From the NCBI RefSeq assembly GCF_041886205.1, contig NZ_CP169029.1: a stretch of DNA of 64,000 nucleotides; one strand, written 5' to 3'. Source of the DNA: Escherichia coli (GTDB taxonomy: Bacteria > Pseudomonadota > Gammaproteobacteria > Enterobacterales > Enterobacteriaceae). Of this stretch, positions 26,201 to 39,975 are shown piece after piece (within the stretch, counting starts at the first letter, position 1; each line of letters opens with the position of its first letter). The notes under the pieces were generated by a model. The model ran no database searches. It was not told the DNA's origin and saw nothing but the letters and a program-made list of their open reading frames with translations. The position numbers and the translations under genes were made by a program.

Positions 26201-26209
26201 GCGCTAATA
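26201..26209. repeat. IS1 target-site duplication, right copy (GCGCTAATA)
   Basis: 9 bp immediately outside the IS1 end, identical to 25424-25432. Confidence 0.9.
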
Positions 26210-26580
26210 GATTTAATAATCCATAATCATTTAGAGGCTATTCTTAATTATTTGCGGTAATTCTTTATTCATTCCTCGGTTATTACGTCATATTCAGAGC
26301 AATCCTGGTATTAGTGTCACCAATGTCATCTGGCGATAATCCTGAAATGTTATGAACTGTTCGAGCAAACTGCTTTTACCTACTGCGGGTTGGTGCTAGT
26401 ATGAAAAAGTGAGTCCTGTCCTGCTTCCTTCCTAATTGTAATTTTTCGTAATAATGCGATGAAAACCTGCAAAGAGTGGCTTATAGTTAAGCTAACAAAC
26501 GAGAGGGCAAGTCTAGGTCAGTAAGTTTTTTCCATCCCGAAAGGTGTCCGTTAGTTCAACCACTAAGAAGGGGACGCGTT

Positions 26581-26955
26581 ATGGATGAATACTCACCCAA
26601 AAGACATGATATCGCACAGCTTAAGTTTCTCTGTGAAACCCTGTATCATGACTGCCTTGCAAACCTTGAAGAAAGCAATCATGGCTGGGTAAACGACCCA
26701 ACCTCGGCGATCAACCTCCAGTTGAATGAACTGATTGAGCATATTGCGACCTTCGCACTTAATTACAAAATTAAGTATAATGAAGACAATAAGCTCATTG
26801 AGCAGATCGACGAATATCTGGATGACACCTTTATGTTGTTCAGTAGTTATGGTATTAATATGCAGGATCTTCAGAAATGGCGGAAGTCAGGTAATCGACT
26901 ATTCCGTTGTTTTGTCAATGCGACGAAAGAGAATCCTGCGAGTTTATCTTGTTAG
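26581..26955 (+). CDS. tomB: Hha toxicity modulator TomB (YbaJ)
   Basis: 124-aa ORF recognised as TomB; directly upstream of hha. Confidence 0.93.
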
Positions 26956-26980
26956 AATTATTACAACCATGGGTAGAAGT

Positions 26981-27199
26981 ATGTCCGAAAAACCTTTAAC
27001 GAAAACCGATTATTTAATGCGTTTACGTCGTTGCCAGACAATTGACACGCTGGAGCGTGTTATCGAGAAAAATAAATACGAATTATCAGATAATGAACTG
27101 GCGGTATTTTACTCAGCCGCAGATCACCGCCTCGCCGAATTGACCATGAATAAACTGTACGACAAGATCCCTTCCTCAGTATGGAAATTTATTCGCTAA
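26981..27199 (+). CDS. hha: haemolysin expression-modulating protein Hha (H-NS co-regulator)
   Basis: 72-aa [35 protein letters not shown]...; the ORF-track frame 26735-27199 is over-extended upstream. Confidence 0.93.
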
Positions 27200-27370
27200 T
27201 AAATAATTCGCTTTCGGAGCTATAACCGGCTGTTTATTAAGAATTTTATACTTTTTCGCCATGAAGACATACCCTATGTGATCTTTATCACACAGATGTA
27301 ATGGGAACGTTCTCTTCACTGACTTTTCGTCTTACTGTGTTGCCGCATTTTCAGCAACCAGAGGTCAGTA

Positions 27371-27958
27371 ATGAGCACAGAAAAAGAAAAGATGATTGCT
27401 GGTGAGTTGTATCGCTCGGCAGATGAGGCGTTATCTCGCGATCGCCTGCGCGCTCGTCAGCTTATTCACCGATACAATCATTCCCTGGCGGAAGAGCACA
27501 CATTACGCCAGCAAATTCTCGCTGATCTATTCGGTCAGGTGACAGAGGCTTATATTGAGCCAACGTTTCGCTGTGACTATGGCTATAACATCTTTCTCGG
27601 CAATAATTTTTTCGCCAACTTCGATTGCGTGATGCTTGATGTCTGCCCTATTCGCATCGGTGATAACTGTATGCTGGCACCAGGCGTTCATATCTACACG
27701 GCAACACATCCCATCGACCCTGTAGCACGTAATAGCGGTGCTGAACTGGGGAAACCCTTCACCATCGGTAATAACGTCTGGATTGGCGGACGCGCGGTCA
27801 TTAACCCTGGTGTGACCATTGGTGATAACGTCGTGGTAGCCTCAGGTGCAGTTGTCACAAAAGATGTCCCGGACAACGTTGTCGTGGGCGGTAATCCAGC
27901 CAGAATAATTAAAAAATTGCAATCGGTTTTTCGCAACTGTTATGCAAAATTGTGGTAA
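27371..27958 (+). CDS. maa: maltose O-acetyltransferase (left-handed beta-helix acyltransferase)
   Basis: Recognised as Maa; ORF here is 195 aa, 12 codons beyond the 183-aa K-12 length as I recall it (sense codon CAA at 27920-27922 where a stop is expected). Confidence 0.9.
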   Translation: MSTEKEKMIAGELYRSADEALSRDRLRARQLIHRYNHSLAEEHTLRQQILADLFGQVTEAYIEPTFRCDYGYNIFLGNNFFANFDCVMLDVCPIRIGDNCMLAPGVHIYTATHPIDPVARNSGAELGKPFTIGNNVWIGGRAVINPGVTIGDNVVVASGAVVTKDVPDNVVVGGNPARIIKKLQSVFRNCYAKLW

Positions 27959-28037
27959 ATCTGTTACTTTCCCTCTACTATTCCCACGTTAAAATAGGGT
28001 GTTCCCTAGAAAGTTGCAGATACCACGAAGGCAAACG

Positions 28038-28508
28038 ATGACCGAAATACAACGCCTGCTGACCGAAACGATTGAGTCTCTGAATACCCGCGAAAAACGC
28101 GATAACAAACCCCGCTTTAGTATCAGTTTTATCCGTAAACATCCGGGGCTGTTTATCGGTATGTATGTTGCTTTTTTTGCCACCCTGGCGGTGATGTTGC
28201 AGTCCGAAACGCTTTCAGGCTCTGTCTGGTTACTGGTTGTATTATTTATCCTGCTTAATGGTTTCTTCTTTTTCGATGTCTACCCACGCTACCGCTATGA
28301 AGATATCGACGTGCTGGATTTCCGCGTTTGCTATAACGGCGAATGGTACAACACGCGCTTTGTACCTGCCGCGCTGGTTGAAGCCATCTTGAACTCTCCG
28401 CGTGTCGCGGATGTTCAAAAAGAACAACTGCAAAAAATGATCGTCCGTAAAGGTGAATTGTCTTTTTACGATATTTTTACCCTTGCTCGCGCCGAATCAA
28501 CATCTTAA
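28038..28508 (+). CDS. ylaC: inner membrane protein YlaC
   Basis: 156-aa from [15 protein letters not shown] with two hydrophobic helices; ORF-track start at 27999 is over-extended. Confidence 0.88.
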   Translation: MTEIQRLLTETIESLNTREKRDNKPRFSISFIRKHPGLFIGMYVAFFATLAVMLQSETLSGSVWLLVVLFILLNGFFFFDVYPRYRYEDIDVLDFRVCYNGEWYNTRFVPAALVEAILNSPRVADVQKEQLQKMIVRKGELSFYDIFTLARAESTS

Positions 28509-28665
28509 GTTAGAGTTACATACCAGGCGTAAAGCTCTGCGCCTGGTCAAATGACAACGTTCGTTTCCACCCATCACTTCATGAAATACCGGTTCTACCT
28601 CCTTATCTCCTGCCAGCCTTTTTCCACAATCGGATATACTTTCTCTACACTGTGTTAATAAGGAT

Positions 28666-30222
28666 ATGCTGGTGAGAACACGACATCTGGTCGGCCTTAT
28701 TTCGGGAGTACTGATTCTTTCAGTATTGCTGCCTGTCGGCTTAAGCCTCTGGCTGGCCCATCAGCAGGTAGAAACATCATTTATTGAAGAGCTGAATACC
28801 TATTCCTCCCGCGTCGCTATTCGGGCCAATAAGGTGGCGATACAAGGGAAAGATGCGCTGCAAGAGCTGGAAAGATGGCAAGGCGCTGCCTGTAGCGAAG
28901 CCCATCTCATGGAAATGCGTCGGGTATCTTACAGTTATCGCTATATTCAGGAAGTGGTTTATATCGATAACAACGTTCCCCAGTGTTCGTCTCTGGAGCA
29001 TGAAAGCCCGCCCGATACCTTCCCCGAGCCAGGTAAAATTTCGAAAGATGGTTATCGTGTCTGGTTAACATCGCATAACGATTTAGGCATTATCCGTTAC
29101 ATGGTCGCCATGGGAACGGCACATTATGTCGTCATGATCGACCCCGCTTCCTTTATTGATGTCATTCCCTATAGCTCATGGCAAATTGATGCCGCCATTA
29201 TTGGCAATGCCCATAACGTTGTGATAACCAGCAGCGATGAAATTGCTCAGGGAATTATTACCAGGCTACAAAAAACACCCGGTGAGCATATCGAAAATAA
29301 TGGAATCATTTACGATATCCTGCCCTTCCCGGAGATGAATATTTCGATCATCACCTGGGCTTCAACGAAAATGTTGCAGAAAGGCTGGCATTGGCAAGTC
29401 TTTATTTGGTTACCGCTCGGGTTGGTGATTAGCCTGCTGGCAGCGATGTTTGTGCTGCGTATTTTGCGCCGTATCCAGTCACCGCATCATCGGCTGCAGG
29501 ATGCTATCGAAAATCGTGATATTTGCGTGCACTATCAGCCAATTGTCTCCTTAGCCAATGGCAAAATTGTCGGTGCTGAGGCACTGGCGCGCTGGCCGCA
29601 GACAGACGGTAGTTGGTTGTCACCAGATAGTTTTATTCCGCTGGCACAGCAAACGGGCCTTTCTGAGCCATTGACGCTACTGATTATAAGAAGCGTCTTT
29701 GAAGATATGGGCGACTGGCTGCGTCAGCATCCACAGCAGCATATTTCGATCAATCTTGAATCCACCGTGCTCACCTCGGAAAAAATCCCGCAATTGCTGC
29801 GTGAAATGATCAATCACTATCAGGTTAATCCCAGACAGATCGCGCTTGAACTCACTGAACGCGAGTTTGCCGATCCGAAGACAAGCGCCCCGATAATTTC
29901 TCGCTACCGGGAGGCGGGCCATGAAATTTATCTTGATGATTTTGGTACGGGATATTCAAGTTTAAGTTATTTACAGGATCTGGATGTCGACATTCTGAAG
30001 ATCGATAAATCTTTCGTTGATGCGCTGGAATATAAAAATGTCACGCCGCATATCATCGAAATGGCAAAAACACTGAAACTGAAAATGGTAGCGGAGGGAA
30101 TCGAAACCAGTAAACAAGAAGAGTGGCTACGCCAGCATGGCGTGCACTACGGTCAGGGCTGGCTCTACAGCAAGGCATTACCGAAAGAAGATTTCTTACG
30201 CTGGGCCGAGCAACATTTGTGA
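28666..30222 (+). CDS. pdeB: c-di-GMP phosphodiesterase PdeB (YlaB), CSS-sensor plus EAL domain
   Basis: 518-aa ORF with N-terminal TM/periplasmic sensor and C-terminal EAL motifs (EALAR, DDFGTGYSSL). Confidence 0.92.
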   Translation: MLVRTRHLVGLISGVLILSVLLPVGLSLWLAHQQVETSFIEELNTYSSRVAIRANKVAIQGKDALQELERWQGAACSEAHLMEMRRVSYSYRYIQEVVYIDNNVPQCSSLEHESPPDTFPEPGKISKDGYRVWLTSHNDLGIIRYMVAMGTAHYVVMIDPASFIDVIPYSSWQIDAAIIGNAHNVVITSSDEIAQGIITRLQKTPGEHIENNGIIYDILPFPEMNISIITWASTKMLQKGWHWQVFIWLPLGLVISLLAAMFVLRILRRIQSPHHRLQDAIENRDICVHYQPIVSLANGKIVGAEALARWPQTDGSWLSPDSFIPLAQQTGLSEPLTLLIIRSVFEDMGDWLRQHPQQHISINLESTVLTSEKIPQLLREMINHYQVNPRQIALELTEREFADPKTSAPIISRYREAGHEIYLDDFGTGYSSLSYLQDLDVDILKIDKSFVDALEYKNVTPHIIEMAKTLKLKMVAEGIETSKQEEWLRQHGVHYGQGWLYSKALPKEDFLRWAEQHL

Positions 30223-30262
30223 ATTTTTGGGCTGACGGCACGCCGCACAGCCCGTCCGCTAC

Positions 30263-30616
30263 CTATTCGTCGATGATTGACTCGAATCCGCCATAGATCA
30301 TTCGCTTGCCGTCAAACGGCATGGACTCGCCGAACTCTTTCATCCGTGGGTCCGACATCATCTTTTGATTAGCAGCGTCGCGGACCTCTTTTGAAGGGTA
30401 TTCAATCCAGCTAAAGACAACCTCTTCATTCTCTTCCGCTTTCACCGCCATACGAAAATCGGTCACTTTGCCATCCGGTACATCGCTGGCCCAGCATTCG
30501 ACAATACGAAGCGCGCCAAACTCTTTAAACAATGGCGCAGCCTTAGCGGCCATTTCCCGATAGGCATCCTTTTTATCGGCAGGAACGGCAACCACAAAAC
30601 CATCAACATACTTCAT
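30263..30616 (-). CDS. ybaA: DUF1428-family protein YbaA
   Basis: 117-aa ORF; K-12 synteny adjacent to ffs. Confidence 0.9.
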   Translation of the reverse strand: MKYVDGFVVAVPADKKDAYREMAAKAAPLFKEFGALRIVECWASDVPDGKVTDFRMAVKAEENEEVVFSWIEYPSKEVRDAANQKMMSDPRMKEFGESMPFDGKRMIYGGFESIIDE

Positions 30617-30726
30617 CAGACATACCTCCGAAGCGTACTGCGCAGCCAGACAATTCTTGCGACGTCAGTTGTGGTTAAAGTTTAGCCATGTTGGGATTTT
30701 TTGACGAAACGGTGGGAGGCAGAAAT

Positions 30727-30840
30727 GGGTGGGGGCCCTGCCAGCTACATCCCGGCACACGCGTCATCTGCCTTGGCTGCTTCCTTCCGGACCTGACCTG
30801 GTAAACAGAGTAGCGTTGCGGGAGAACCAACAGAGCCCCC
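30727..30840 (-). ncRNA. ffs: 4.5S RNA (signal recognition particle RNA)
   Basis: Plus strand 30727-30840 is the exact reverse complement of the 114-nt E. coli 4.5S RNA as I recall it (GGGGGCUCUGUUGGUUCUCCCGCAACGC...GGCAGGGCCCCCACCC). Confidence 0.95.
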
Positions 30841-30916
30841 ATTGAGAGCGTTGAGAACCAACGCGCAGGCGCATTATCACTGCTGCCCCGGCTAATTGCA
30901 ACCCATCGCGTGCCAG

Positions 30917-31306
30917 ATGCTGGTTTCTTGCGCAATGCGACTTCACTCGGGCGTTTTTCCAGATTATGCTGAAAAATTACCTCAGGAAGAAAAGATGGAA
31001 AAAGAAGATTCATTTCCCCAACGCGTCTGGCAAATCGTCGCCGCTATTCCCGAAGGCTATGTCACCACTTACGGTGATGTGGCGAAACTGGCGGGATCGC
31101 CCCGCGCCGCGCGCCAGGTGGGCGGTGTGTTAAAGCGTCTCCCTGAAGGCAGCACCTTACCCTGGCACCGGGTGGTTAATCGCCACGGCACAATTTCGCT
31201 AACCGGACCGGATTTACAGCGTCAGCGACAGGCATTACTGGCAGAAGGTGTGATGGTATCGGGAAGCGGGCAAATCGACTTGCAGCGTTATCGCTGGAAC
31301 TACTAA
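30917..31306 (+). CDS. atl: alkyltransferase-like DNA-binding protein ATL (YbaZ)
   Basis: 129-aa from MLVSCAMRLHSGVF; Ada/Ogt-like C-terminal fold with the conserved motif but no active-site cysteine; ORF-track start at 30896 is over-extended. Confidence 0.9.
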   Translation: MLVSCAMRLHSGVFPDYAEKLPQEEKMEKEDSFPQRVWQIVAAIPEGYVTTYGDVAKLAGSPRAARQVGGVLKRLPEGSTLPWHRVVNRHGTISLTGPDLQRQRQALLAEGVMVSGSGQIDLQRYRWNY

Positions 31307-31336
31307 CCCTCTCCGGGCGGAGAGGGTTAACGTCGC

Positions 31337-31909
31337 TTAATATTGCGTAGGAGCTGGAACTGCCGAAGACGGATTCACCTGAGTTGGTGAAGTCGAAGGT
31401 ACGGTAGTCGTTGCACCACCGCTGGCCTGAACCGGCACGGCGGTTTGCTGCACCGGCACCAATGTCAGGTCGGCTTTAGTTCCGCCCTTGTTGATCACCG
31501 GCTGAACGGTATCGGTAATAAATACCAGTTTGTCATTCACGGTAATCGCCGCACTCAACAGAATACGCGCGTTCGGCTGAACATCTGCCGGGTTAAATGG
31601 CAGAACAAAGCTGAATGGTGACTGTTTACCTTCGGTACGCACCGCTTTCTGCGCCAGCACTTTTGACGGTGCATCGGCTAACGACGCGTCAGAAAGTGTC
31701 ACGGTCAGCACAGCATCAGGCGGCAGTGCGACTTTCTGACGGATCCAGACGGTACCGGAGACATTCGGTTGCTGGATAGCAGGTTGTTGTGTTGCTGAAA
31801 TAGACGTATTTGCAGCCGGGGCTGGCGTCTGAATATCCGCGCTTTTATCTGCGCAAGCCGCCAACGCAATCGCAACCGCTAAACCACTGGCCATGTGCAC
31901 GAGTTTCAT
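31337..31909 (-). CDS. ybaY: lipoprotein YbaY
   Basis: 190-aa ORF with lipobox LAACA; K-12 synteny. Confidence 0.9.
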   Translation of the reverse strand: MKLVHMASGLAVAIALAACADKSADIQTPAPAANTSISATQQPAIQQPNVSGTVWIRQKVALPPDAVLTVTLSDASLADAPSKVLAQKAVRTEGKQSPFSFVLPFNPADVQPNARILLSAAITVNDKLVFITDTVQPVINKGGTKADLTLVPVQQTAVPVQASGGATTTVPSTSPTQVNPSSAVPAPTQY

Positions 31910-32126
31910 TCATTTCTCCTTATTATCAATGCACCAGCGGGCTAACTTTCCTCGCCGGAAGAGTGGTTAACAAAATAGTAACGTCAATAAGTGTGGCACA
32001 CATCACGCATTTCTGCCTGTAATTAGCCCGTAATTCAGATTATTGCACCCATCGGACCAGTGGCAAATTTGCGTTATACTCAACTCACTTTGGCTTGCTG
32101 CGGCAGCTTTGTTACTGGAGAGTTAT

Positions 32127-32987
32127 ATGAGTCAGGCGCTAAAAAATTTACTGACATTGTTAAATCTGGAAAAAATTGAGGAAGGACTCTTTCGCGGCCA
32201 GAGTGAAGATTTAGGTTTACGCCAGGTGTTTGGCGGCCAGGTCGTGGGTCAGGCCTTGTATGCTGCAAAAGAGACCGTCCCGGAAGAGCGGCTGGTACAT
32301 TCGTTTCACAGCTACTTTCTTCGCCCAGGCGATAGTAAGAAACCGATTATTTATGATGTCGAAACGCTGCGTGACGGTAACAGCTTCAGCGCCCGCCGGG
32401 TTGCTGCTATTCAAAACGGCAAACCGATTTTTTATATGACGGCCTCTTTCCAGGCACCAGAAGCGGGTTTCGAACATCAAAAAACAATGCCGTCCGCGCC
32501 AGCGCCTGATGGCCTGCCTTCGGAAACGCAAATCGCCCAATCGCTGGCGCACCTGCTGCCGCCAGTGCTTAAAGATAAATTCATCTGCGATCGTCCGCTG
32601 GAAGTCCGTCCGGTGGAGTTTCATAACCCACTGAAAGGTCACGTCGCAGAACCACATCGTCAGGTGTGGATCCGCGCAAATGGTAGCGTGCCGGATGACC
32701 TGCGCGTTCATCAGTATCTGCTCGGTTACGCTTCTGATCTTAACTTCCTGCCGGTAGCTCTACAGCCGCACGGCATCGGTTTTCTCGAACCGGGGATTCA
32801 GATTGCCACCATTGACCATTCCATGTGGTTCCATCGCCCGTTTAATTTGAATGAATGGCTGCTGTATAGCGTGGAGAGCACCTCGGCGTCCAGCGCACGC
32901 GGCTTTGTGCGCGGTGAGTTTTATACCCAGGACGGCGTGCTGGTTGCCTCGACCGTTCAGGAAGGGGTAATGCGTAATCACAATTAA
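32127..32987 (+). CDS. tesB: acyl-CoA thioesterase II
   Basis: 286-aa from [30 protein letters not shown]; ORF-track start at 32043 is over-extended. Confidence 0.95.
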
Positions 32988-32993
32988 AAAAAT

Positions 32994-33025
32994 AGCCGGA
33001 GGTGAAAACCGTCCGGCTGTTTTTT
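32994..33025. terminator. bidirectional intrinsic terminator between convergent tesB and amtB
   Basis: Hairpin AGCCGGA...TCCGGCT flanked by an A-run on one side and a T-run on the other. Confidence 0.6.
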
Positions 33026-33035
33026 GCAGTGCTTG

Positions 33036-34322
33036 TTACGCGTTATAGGCATTCTCGCCGTGACTGTTGACGTCCAGCCCTTCTCGCTCCTGTTCTTCCG
33101 GCACACGCAGGCCAACCGTCAGATCCGCCAGTTTGTAGCCAATAAATGCCACCACACCGGACCAGACGATCGTAATGGCGATGCTTTCCAGCTGTACCAG
33201 CAACTGATGGCCCATCGTCACACCTTCAGCGAAGCCCACGCCGCCCAGCGAGCTGGCAGCAAAAATCCCGGTCATGATACAGCCGACAATGCCACAAACG
33301 CCGTGCACACCGAAGACATCGCAGGGATCATCCACCCGCAGCAAGCGTTTGAGCATGGTAACGCCCCACAAGCCCGCCAGACCAGCTACCACGCCGATAA
33401 TCAACGCGCCGCCAACACCAATGTAGCCACACGCTGGCGTCACGCCGACCAGACCGGCAATCGCGCCAGAACACGCCCCCAGCAGTGAAGGCTTACCACG
33501 CAGCGCCCATTCACCGAAGATCCAGCCAAGAATTGCCGCCGCCGTTGCGACCACAGTATTCACAAATGCCAGTGCTGCGATTTCATTCGCCGTGCCCGCT
33601 GACCCGGCATTAAAGCCAAACCAACCGATATAGAGAATGGCAGTCCCGGTGAAGACCATCGGCAGGTTGTGCGGTTTAAACGCCTCTTTGCCGAAGCCCA
33701 CGCGTTTGCCTACCAGATATGCGCCCACCAGACCGGCGATTGCGGCGTTAATGTGCACCACCGTGCCACCCGCGAAATCCAGTGCACCGTGAGAAGCCAG
33801 CAAACCGCCGCCCCAGACCATATGCGCAATCGGAATGTAGGAGAGCGTCAGCCATACCACCACGAAAATCAACACAGCTGAGAAGCGGATTCGTTCCGCC
33901 AGTGCTCCAACTATCAAGCCGACGGTAATGCAGGCAAACGAGCCCTGAAACGCCACGTGGATATACTGATAAATGCTGCCCATCACCGCCGTCAGTTCGA
34001 TGTTTTTTAGCATCAACCAGTTAATGTTGCCGAAGAAGTTGTTGCCCTCACCAAACGCCAGCGAGTAACCGTAAACCACCCAGAGAATACAGACCAGTGC
34101 AAACGTCACCGTCACCTGCGTCAGCATCGACAGCACGTTTTTGCCGCGAATCAACCCACCGTAAAACAGGGCAATCCCCGGAATAGTCATAAACAGCACC
34201 AGCGCAGTACAAATCATCATAAACGCATTGTCGGCTTTATCGGCCACCGCAGGTGCAGCCATTACCAGTCCCGGCAGCATCGCCAGTGAAGCAAGCCCAG
34301 TTTTTATCGTCGCTATCTTCAT
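33036..34322 (-). CDS. amtB: ammonium transporter AmtB
   Basis: 428-aa ORF with signal peptide and Amt/Rh-family TM core. Confidence 0.96.
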   Translation of the reverse strand: MKIATIKTGLASLAMLPGLVMAAPAVADKADNAFMMICTALVLFMTIPGIALFYGGLIRGKNVLSMLTQVTVTFALVCILWVVYGYSLAFGEGNNFFGNINWLMLKNIELTAVMGSIYQYIHVAFQGSFACITVGLIVGALAERIRFSAVLIFVVVWLTLSYIPIAHMVWGGGLLASHGALDFAGGTVVHINAAIAGLVGAYLVGKRVGFGKEAFKPHNLPMVFTGTAILYIGWFGFNAGSAGTANEIAALAFVNTVVATAAAILGWIFGEWALRGKPSLLGACSGAIAGLVGVTPACGYIGVGGALIIGVVAGLAGLWGVTMLKRLLRVDDPCDVFGVHGVCGIVGCIMTGIFAASSLGGVGFAEGVTMGHQLLVQLESIAITIVWSGVVAFIGYKLADLTVGLRVPEEQEREGLDVNSHGENAYNA

Positions 34323-34351
34323 TTTTCGTTCCTGTTGCTGTGTGCCAGAGA

Positions 34352-34690
34352 TTACAGCGCCGCTTCGTCGGCTTCGCCGGTACGAATACGAATGACGCGT
34401 TGCAATTCAGCGACGAAGATTTTGCCGTCGCCAATTTTTCCGGTGTAAGCCGCCTTACTGACGATATCGATCACTTCATCGAGTTGGTCATCAGCAATCG
34501 CCACATCAATTTTTACTTTTGGCAGGAAGTTGACGCTGTATTCCGCCCCCCGGTACAGCTCGGCATGCCCTTTCTGACGCCCGAAACCTTTCACTTCGGT
34601 GACGGTCAAGCCCTGAATACCAATGGAAGATAACGCTTCACGAACGTCTTCCAGCTTGAATGGTTTGATTATCACGGTCACCAGCTTCAT
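34352..34690 (-). CDS. glnK: PII nitrogen regulatory protein GlnK
   Basis: 112-aa from MKLVTVIIKPFKLEDVREAL; the ORF-track frame to 34828 is over-extended. Confidence 0.96.
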   Translation of the reverse strand: MKLVTVIIKPFKLEDVREALSSIGIQGLTVTEVKGFGRQKGHAELYRGAEYSVNFLPKVKIDVAIADDQLDEVIDIVSKAAYTGKIGDGKIFVAELQRVIRIRTGEADEAAL

Positions 34691-34743
34691 AGATCCCCTC
34701 CGGTCAGAATTCGGTAATGGTTCTGCTACACGAAGAAGGTATT

Positions 34744-34759
34744 GCAAGCGGTGTGCCAG
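34744..34759 (-). promoter_or_regulatory. sigma-54 (-24/-12) promoter of glnK-amtB: TGGCAC-N5-TTGCA
   Basis: Minus-strand TGGCACACCGCTTGCA read directly about 55 nt upstream of the glnK start; glnK-amtB is known to be NtrC/sigma-54 dependent. Confidence 0.75.
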
Positions 34760-34870
34760 AAATGAAAAACGAGAAAGAGAGCAGGAAGTTAAGAAGATTG
34801 AAAATGAAAACGCACTATGACAGTGCACAGTGCGTTACATTTTTGCACCAACGATGAAATATTGCGCTAT

Positions 34871-38417
<3,547 letters not shown>

Positions 38418-38446
38418 GCGTTGTGTCCTGACCTGATTCTGGATAT

Positions 38447-38905
38447 TTATTCGATGGGTAAAGAAGTGGTGTATTTAATCTGTTCCATCGCGAAGCTGGA
38501 AGTGACGTCCGACAGCCCCGGCACGCTGTTTACCAGACGCTTATAAAACTCGTCGTAGCGTTTCATGTCGGCAACCTGGACGCGCATCAGATAATCGTAT
38601 TCACCGGCCATGCGCCAGAACCCCAGCACTTCTGGCATTTCGGTAACCACCGTGACAAAGCGGCAATACCATTCGCTGCTGTGATGTTGCGTTTTTATCA
38701 GCACAAAAGCGGTCAGGCCGAGGCCTATTTTTTCCGGATCCAGCAGGGCGACTTTGCCGATAAGGATACCGTCGTCCTCCAGCCGTTTCAGGCGCTTCCA
38801 GCAAGGGGTGGTTGTCAGATTAACGGCTTCAGCCAGTGCCTGCAAAGAGAAGGTGCAATCCTGCTGCAGTAAGGCCAGCAGCTTACGGTCAATTTTATCT
38901 AACAT
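38447..38905 (-). CDS. decR: Lrp/AsnC-family transcriptional regulator DecR (YbaO)
   Basis: 152-aa from [16 protein letters not shown]; the ORF-track 228-aa frame is over-extended. Confidence 0.9.
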   Translation of the reverse strand: MLDKIDRKLLALLQQDCTFSLQALAEAVNLTTTPCWKRLKRLEDDGILIGKVALLDPEKIGLGLTAFVLIKTQHHSSEWYCRFVTVVTEMPEVLGFWRMAGEYDYLMRVQVADMKRYDEFYKRLVNSVPGLSDVTSSFAMEQIKYTTSLPIE

Positions 38906-39057
38906 AGCCCTTCCACAGAGAATTTTTTTCTCTTTTAATTCTATTTTAAAGGTGAAATCACGACAATTTATTCTGTGCGGTTTAAACACCACGGCACAAA
39001 ATGACAAATTCAACGCAAAAAAAACCGGGCAATTGCCCGGTGCTGGAAGGGATCTCA

Positions 39058-39876
39058 TTATTCGGGGGAATAAGGTAGATGTGGATAGTCCAGCCAGTGC
39101 GTCAAATAGTGAGAGACAGCCTGATTTCGGCAATGTCCAATCACCGGTAAATGCGGGAGCTCCGCGCGCAGTTGCGGCATCGCATTGCCCATAATAAACC
39201 CGCTACCGACGCTGCCTAACATTTCGCGATCGTTCATCGCATCACCAAAGGCCATGCAATCGCGCAACGATAAACCTAAATGTTGGGTCAGCACCGTCAA
39301 TGCAGCGCCTTTATTGCAGCCCACCGGCAGCACTTCGAGGCAATCCGTGGCGGAAAAACACAAATGTGCACGCTCGCCTAATGCTTCGTATAGCTGGATC
39401 TGCAAGCGTGTAAGATCGTCGTGATCGCCACAGAAGCAGATCTTGGTGACGCTGCCGAGTGGCATTTTTTTGACATCGATTATCTGATAACGAAAACCGC
39501 TATAGACAAATGCCTGCAACAACGCAGGGATCTCTTTCCCGGTAAACCAACCGTCGTCATTGAAGATATGCATGCTGGCTCGGGTATCCCATTGCTGATA
39601 CAGCACCAGCTCCGCGACATCCGCAGGTAAATCATCACGATGTAAAAGTTCACCTTCCAGAGAATGCACGCGCGTTCCGTTGCCGGTAATCAAATATGCA
39701 TCCAGCGATAGCGCCCCGAGAATATGCTGCATCTCCAGCGCATGACGCCCCGTGACAAAAGTGAGGGTAATGTCGCGTTCACGCAGTCGCGCCAAAGTAG
39801 AGAGGGTTTTCTCACCTAAATGATGGTCAGGCATCAATAAAGTGCCATCCATATCAAATGCTGCCAGACGAGCCAT
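39058..39876 (-). CDS. cof: HMP-PP phosphatase Cof (HAD superfamily)
   Basis: 272-aa from [14 protein letters not shown] (HAD motif I DxDGT). Confidence 0.92.
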   Translation of the reverse strand: MARLAAFDMDGTLLMPDHHLGEKTLSTLARLRERDITLTFVTGRHALEMQHILGALSLDAYLITGNGTRVHSLEGELLHRDDLPADVAELVLYQQWDTRASMHIFNDDGWFTGKEIPALLQAFVYSGFRYQIIDVKKMPLGSVTKICFCGDHDDLTRLQIQLYEALGERAHLCFSATDCLEVLPVGCNKGAALTVLTQHLGLSLRDCMAFGDAMNDREMLGSVGSGFIMGNAMPQLRAELPHLPVIGHCRNQAVSHYLTHWLDYPHLPYSPE

Positions 39877-39975
39877 TTCTTTCTCCACTCTGTGACACGG
39901 TTAATGGTGATTGAGTATCACCTGATATATACGGAAGTAATAGTGAATAGTTAAATAATATTGTTCCGGGTTTAT

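Noticed and set aside
26581-27199. tomB-hha considered as a candidate novel toxin-antitoxin-like pair
   Set aside because: This is the well-known Hha/TomB module of E. coli, core at this locus; only the upstream IS1 is unusual.
30675-31013. 112-aa minus-strand ORF in the ybaA-atl spacer
   Set aside because: Overlaps the ffs 4.5S RNA gene and the atl 5' end; the RNA gene explains the conservation.
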